IMG/VR virus record: IMGVR_UViG_2562617113_000020
Coordinates: 1 to 14,367 of that record
Strand: one strand, 5' to 3'
DNA length: 14,367 nucleotides
From: a virus
Lineage: Duplodnaviria; Heunggongvirae; Uroviricota; Caudoviricetes
Shown here: positions 9,839 through 14,367 of the stretch, in pieces
How positions within the stretch are numbered: the first letter of the stretch is position 1
How the letters are laid out: every line of letters begins with the position of its first letter
The notes under the pieces: model-generated
Databases searched by the model: none
The model's input: only the letters and a program-made list of their open reading frames with translations
What the model was told of the DNA's origin: nothing
Position numbers and translations under genes: made by a program

Positions 9839-9850
9839 CGTTTATGAAAA
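9825..9850. repeat. gix/hix-like recombination site (right): TTCTCCCAAACC-AA-CGTTTATGAAAA
   Basis: Inverted copy of the left site; inner half-sites are 12/12 identical, outer half-sites diverge; lies ~55 bp upstream of the invertase start. Confidence 0.75.
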
Positions 9851-9904
9851 TGCAGAAATAACGAGCAAATGGCATCATTCCTGCTTTTGTCAGGGAGATC
9901 TACC

Positions 9905-10459
9905 ATGCTTATTGGCTATGTACGTGTGTCAACAAATGACCAGAACACAGATCTACAACGTAATGCGCTGAACTGTGCAGGATGCGAGCTGATTTTTGAA
10001 GACAAGATAAGCGGTACAAAGTCCGAAAGGCCGGGACTGAAAAAACTGCTCAGGACATTATCGGCAGGTGACACTCTGGTTGTCTGGAAGCTGGATCGGC
10101 TGGGGCGTAGTATGCGGCATCTGGTCATTCTGGTTGAGGAGTTGCGCGAACGTGGCGTTAATTTTCGCAGCCTGACGGATGCTATTGATACCAGCACACC
10201 GATGGGGCGTTTTTTCTTTCATATGATGGGTGCCCTGGCTGAAATGGAACGAGAACTGATTGTTGAACGAACAAAAGCTGGACTGGAAGCTGCTCGCGCA
10301 CAGGGACGAATTGGTGGACGTCGTCCCAAACTTACACCAGAACAATGGGCACAAGCCGGAAGATTAATTGCAGCAGGAACTCCTCGCCAGAAGGTGGCGA
10401 TTATCTATGATGTGGGTGTATCGACTTTGTATAAGAAGTTTCCGGTCGGAGATAAATGA
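9905..10459 (+). CDS. pin: Serine DNA invertase, Gin/Pin/Hin/Cin family
   Basis: Product MLIGYVRVSTNDQNTDLQRNAL...LVVWKLDRLGRSM...RSLTDAIDTS...GRFFFHMMGALAEMERELIVERT...GRIGGRRPK is a near-canonical Gin/Pin sequence (catalytic Ser in VRVSTNDQ); RBS AGGGAG at 9892-9897; 184 aa from ATG 9905 (the ORF track begins at an upstream ATG, 9869). Confidence 0.92.
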   Translation: MLIGYVRVSTNDQNTDLQRNALNCAGCELIFEDKISGTKSERPGLKKLLRTLSAGDTLVVWKLDRLGRSMRHLVILVEELRERGVNFRSLTDAIDTSTPMGRFFFHMMGALAEMERELIVERTKAGLEAARAQGRIGGRRPKLTPEQWAQAGRLIAAGTPRQKVAIIYDVGVSTLYKKFPVGDK

Positions 10460-10479
10460 AACCGTAGCACGTCGTATGC
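10459..10479 (+). repeat. Direct repeat copy 1 (AAACCGTAG-CACGTCGTATGC), immediately after invertase stop
   Basis: Matches 11479-11500 (AAACCGTAGGCACGTAGTATGC) at 20 of 22 aligned positions; the pair brackets the GIY-YIG gene. Confidence 0.4.
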
Positions 10480-10516
10480 AAGATCGTGCTGCGGTTTATG
10501 CTTATCACTTAAAGAC

Positions 10517-11692
<1,176 letters not shown>

Positions 11693-13124
11693 ATGTCTGA
11701 ATTTGAAGTGTTGGCACAGCATCTGCTGAAGGAAGCCGAGGCGGAAGAAAAGCTGCGACAGGAAAATGATAAAAAGCTTATCGAGAAAGTGCTGGAAATC
11801 TATGATCAGAAGTATGTGGCTGAATTACTGAGAAAAGTCGGAAAAAATGAGTGGAGCCGTGAAACCATTAACCGCTGGATTAATGGCAAGTGTTTACCAA
11901 AATCGTTGACTTCAGTAGAAGAGTCTCTTCTGCGTAAGATGCTACCAGAACCACCTGCAAACCATCCGGAATATGCTTTCCGCTTCATTGACTTATTTGC
12001 TGGAATTGGAGGGATACGGAAAGGTTTTGAGGCCATTGGAGGCCAGTGTGTTTTTACCAGTGAATGGAATAAAGATGCTGTGCGTACATACAAGGCCAAC
12101 TGGTTTAACGATGAACAGGTGCATAAATTCAATCTCGATATTCGGGAAGTCACGCTGAGTGATAAAACCGATGTATTGGAAACGGATGCTTATGCATATA
12201 TTGATGAGCATGTGCCGGATCATGATGTGCTTCTTGCGGGGTTCCCGTGCCAGCCATTTAGCCTTGCTGGTGTTAGTAAGAAAAACTCACTTGGTCGTGC
12301 GCATGGTTTTGAATGTGAAGCACAAGGAACACTTTTTTTGACGTGGCACGTATTATACGAGCAAAAAACCGGCAATTTTTGTGCTGGAAAATGTCAAAAA
12401 TCTGAAGAGCCATGATAAGGGTAAAACTTTCAAAGTCATTATGGAGACCCTTGACGAGCTGGGCTACGAAGTTGCCGATGCTGCAGAAATGGGAAAAAAC
12501 GATCCAAAGATTATCGATGGGAAGCATTTTTTGCCTCAGCATCGTGAACGCATTGTTCTGGTCGGATTTAGACGAGATCTGAATATTCACAAGGGGTTTA
12601 CCTTGCGTGATATCAGTCGTTTTTATCCGGAACACCGCCCATCATTTGGTGAATTGCTGGAGCCTGTAGTCGACAGTAAATATATACTTACGCCAAAACT
12701 ATGGGAGTACCTTTATAACTACGCCAAAAAGCATGCAGCCAAGGGGAATGGTTTTGGCTTTGGGTTGGTCAATCCTGAGAATAAGGAAAGCATTGCACGC
12801 ACACTTTCTGCCAGATATCACAAAGACGGATCAGAAATTCTTATTGATCGTGGTTGGGATATGGCAACGGGAGAGGCTGACTTTATGAATGAGAGTAACC
12901 AGGCTCGTCGACCACGCAGGCTGACTCCCCGAGAGTGCGCACGCCTTATGGGGTTTGAAAAACCTGGAGGGAAACCATTCCGTATTCCGGTTTCAGATAC
13001 TCAGTCATATCGGCAGTTCGGTAACTCCGTTGTGGTGCCAGTATTTGAAGCCGTTGCCAGACTTCTGGAACCCTATATCCTCAAAGCTGTTTCTGCTGAT
13101 GCTGGTAAGACTGGGCAGCCTTGA
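11693..13124 (+). pseudogene. ecoRIIM: EcoRII-like / Dcm-like C5-cytosine DNA methyltransferase (CCWGG family); frame interrupted by two -1 indels in a T7 tract (12333-12339) and an A6 tract (12363-12368)
   Basis: Motif I FxGxGG ([15 protein letters not shown]) and motif IV PCQ ([12 protein letters not shown]) in the first frame; [15 protein letters not shown] and C-terminal [11 protein letters not shown] in a second frame; the intervening frame reads [10 protein letters not shown], so two single-base deletions explain the split (ORFs 11651-12415 and 12381-13124). Confidence 0.85.
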
Positions 13125-13130
13125 GAACAC

Positions 13131-13153
13131 CTCCCGGCCTTTTAAGCCGGGAG
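13131..13153. terminator. Hairpin between the convergent M and R genes (CTCCCGGC-cttttaa-GCCGGGAG); possible bidirectional terminator
   Basis: 8-bp perfect stem between the two stop codons (13122-13124 and 13159-13161); no flanking U-tract on either side. Confidence 0.35.
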
Positions 13154-13158
13154 TCAGC

Positions 13159-14367
13159 CTATGATAGTTCAGCGTAAAGTTCTATCAGCTCAGTAATGAA
13201 TGCTCCGAGCGTTATTAATTCTTCTCTAACTGCTTCTGGGTATTTTTTATGTAAAGTTGATGGTACAACGAGTCTGACACCCGCATCTTTCATTTCTCGG
13301 TATTGTGCTGAAGAAACACCTTCTTGCAGCGTAAATAAATGTACCTGATGGATTTTATCTGCTTCATTCAGTATCTGACGCCAGCGATCTTTGCAGGTGG
13401 TCTTTACTGCCAGCATACGTAAGTTTTCTACAGGAAATTCAACGTTATGATATGCCTCTGCTGAAGGAAACAGGAAATCTGGTTTTTTATTACCTTCAGT
13501 AACTGCCTGAGTGGAGAAATGCCGTAGTCCGTGCTCGATAAAAAGCTTCTCTAGGTGAAGTTCAAGTGATTTACCTGCCCTTGATTTACGTCGATTACTG
13601 ACAGAGTTGGCTAATGCAATAAACTCATCTACAGAATCGAATCCTTTCTTAATAATATCAAGAACATGTAATTCCTCGACGAGTAGAAAAATATCATACT
13701 CGACACGCCGACGGTCAATCAGTTGCTCATCTGGATCCTTGGAGTTTTTAGCATAATGGCCAGCAGCATATTGAATAATTTCGTTTCCAGAAGGAAAACG
13801 CTTCTTCCAGTCTTCAGGAATAACATATTTATGATTTACTGGAGTTTGCTGAAGAGACAATCCGCCCAAAATTTGTCCGGCAGGGCCGGAAATTAGGGTT
13901 CCAGGTATGATTTCGCCAATAGCAGACTCGATGATATCCTCTTCATCGGGATTGACGCAGACCCATATATCTACCTCGGAACAGTCAGTGTTCTGTTCGT
14001 TTAACCTGAAGGCAAGAATTGTGAGGGCTCCTGTATTTTCAGGGTTCTGTAATGGACTTCCTCTCCCCCAGCGCGTAATTCTTTTTTCGCTTCGGGTCTT
14101 ACCAAAATAACGGTTGTTGTAATAAATTGCGCGTGCTTGGGTATCAGGGCAATCATGGGATGATACATGCGCAGTAAGGAAGACTGAAGGGTTCAGTTCG
14201 CGAGTATGATTGATAGATGGAAAAAGCTTTTCAACGATATTTGAGGGGATATAAAGTCCGACCTGATGGCCACCTGTTGCGCCTGTGTCGTTTGCAGAAA
14301 GGCGTTTGATGTAGATAAAGTAATTCCCGCTTGCGATATCAAGCAGCCAGTTATGAAAAACCGACAT
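13159..14367 (-). CDS. ecoRIIR: EcoRII-like type IIE restriction endonuclease (CCWGG), apparently full length (402 aa)
   Basis: Product MSVFHNWLLDIASGNYFIYIKRLSANDTGATGGHQVGLYIPS... corresponds, from memory, to the R.EcoRII N-terminal effector domain and C-terminal catalytic domain; convergent with the methyltransferase as in EcoRII; start codon is the last three bases of the window. Confidence 0.9.
   Translation of the reverse strand: MSVFHNWLLDIASGNYFIYIKRLSANDTGATGGHQVGLYIPSNIVEKLFPSINHTRELNPSVFLTAHVSSHDCPDTQARAIYYNNRYFGKTRSEKRITRWGRGSPLQNPENTGALTILAFRLNEQNTDCSEVDIWVCVNPDEEDIIESAIGEIIPGTLISGPAGQILGGLSLQQTPVNHKYVIPEDWKKRFPSGNEIIQYAAGHYAKNSKDPDEQLIDRRRVEYDIFLLVEELHVLDIIKKGFDSVDEFIALANSVSNRRKSRAGKSLELHLEKLFIEHGLRHFSTQAVTEGNKKPDFLFPSAEAYHNVEFPVENLRMLAVKTTCKDRWRQILNEADKIHQVHLFTLQEGVSSAQYREMKDAGVRLVVPSTLHKKYPEAVREELITLGAFITELIELYAELS

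Noticed and set aside
9839-9878. N-terminal extension MMPFARYFCIFI of the reverse-strand S'v ORF
   Set aside because: Lies outside the invertible segment in the gix-to-gin spacer; S'v is expected to gain its N-terminus from the constant fibre segment only after inversion.
9869-9904. Upstream ATG (9869) for the invertase
   Set aside because: Gin/Pin-family proteins start at MLIGYVRVS (9905), which has a properly spaced AGGGAG RBS.
10460-10516. Mu-type com/mom modification genes or a Mu right end (MuA binding sites) downstream of the invertase
   Set aside because: No ORFs of matching size or arrangement and no convincing match to the MuA end-binding consensus; the locus has e14-like rather than Mu-like organisation.

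Overview
This window is a mosaic of mobile and accessory DNA, read from sequence alone with protein families recognised from memory (no searches run). (1) 1-2616: an IS66-family insertion sequence with tnpA, tnpB and a tnpC transposase gene broken by four 1-bp indels; its left end is cut by the window. (2) 2701-10459: the distal tail module of a Mu-like/e14-like prophage. It encodes a DNA circulation protein, Mu gp44-48-like baseplate proteins, a short tail-fibre gene whose 3' part lies in a ~1.85 kb invertible segment (Sv-tfa / tfa'-S'v) bounded by 26-bp gix/hix-like crossover sites at 7979-8004 and 9825-9850, and the cognate Gin/Pin-family serine invertase. (3) 10460-14367: an AT-richer cargo region downstream of the invertase. 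It carries a stand-alone GIY-YIG nuclease-domain protein of unknown function, flanked by ~21-bp imperfect direct repeats, and a convergent EcoRII-like type IIE restriction-modification pair. The methyltransferase frame is interrupted by two -1 indels in homopolymer tracts while the endonuclease ORF is intact. No rRNA, tRNA or CRISPR array was seen. The best candidate for something undescribed is the GIY-YIG gene, which sits where e14 carries mcrA.
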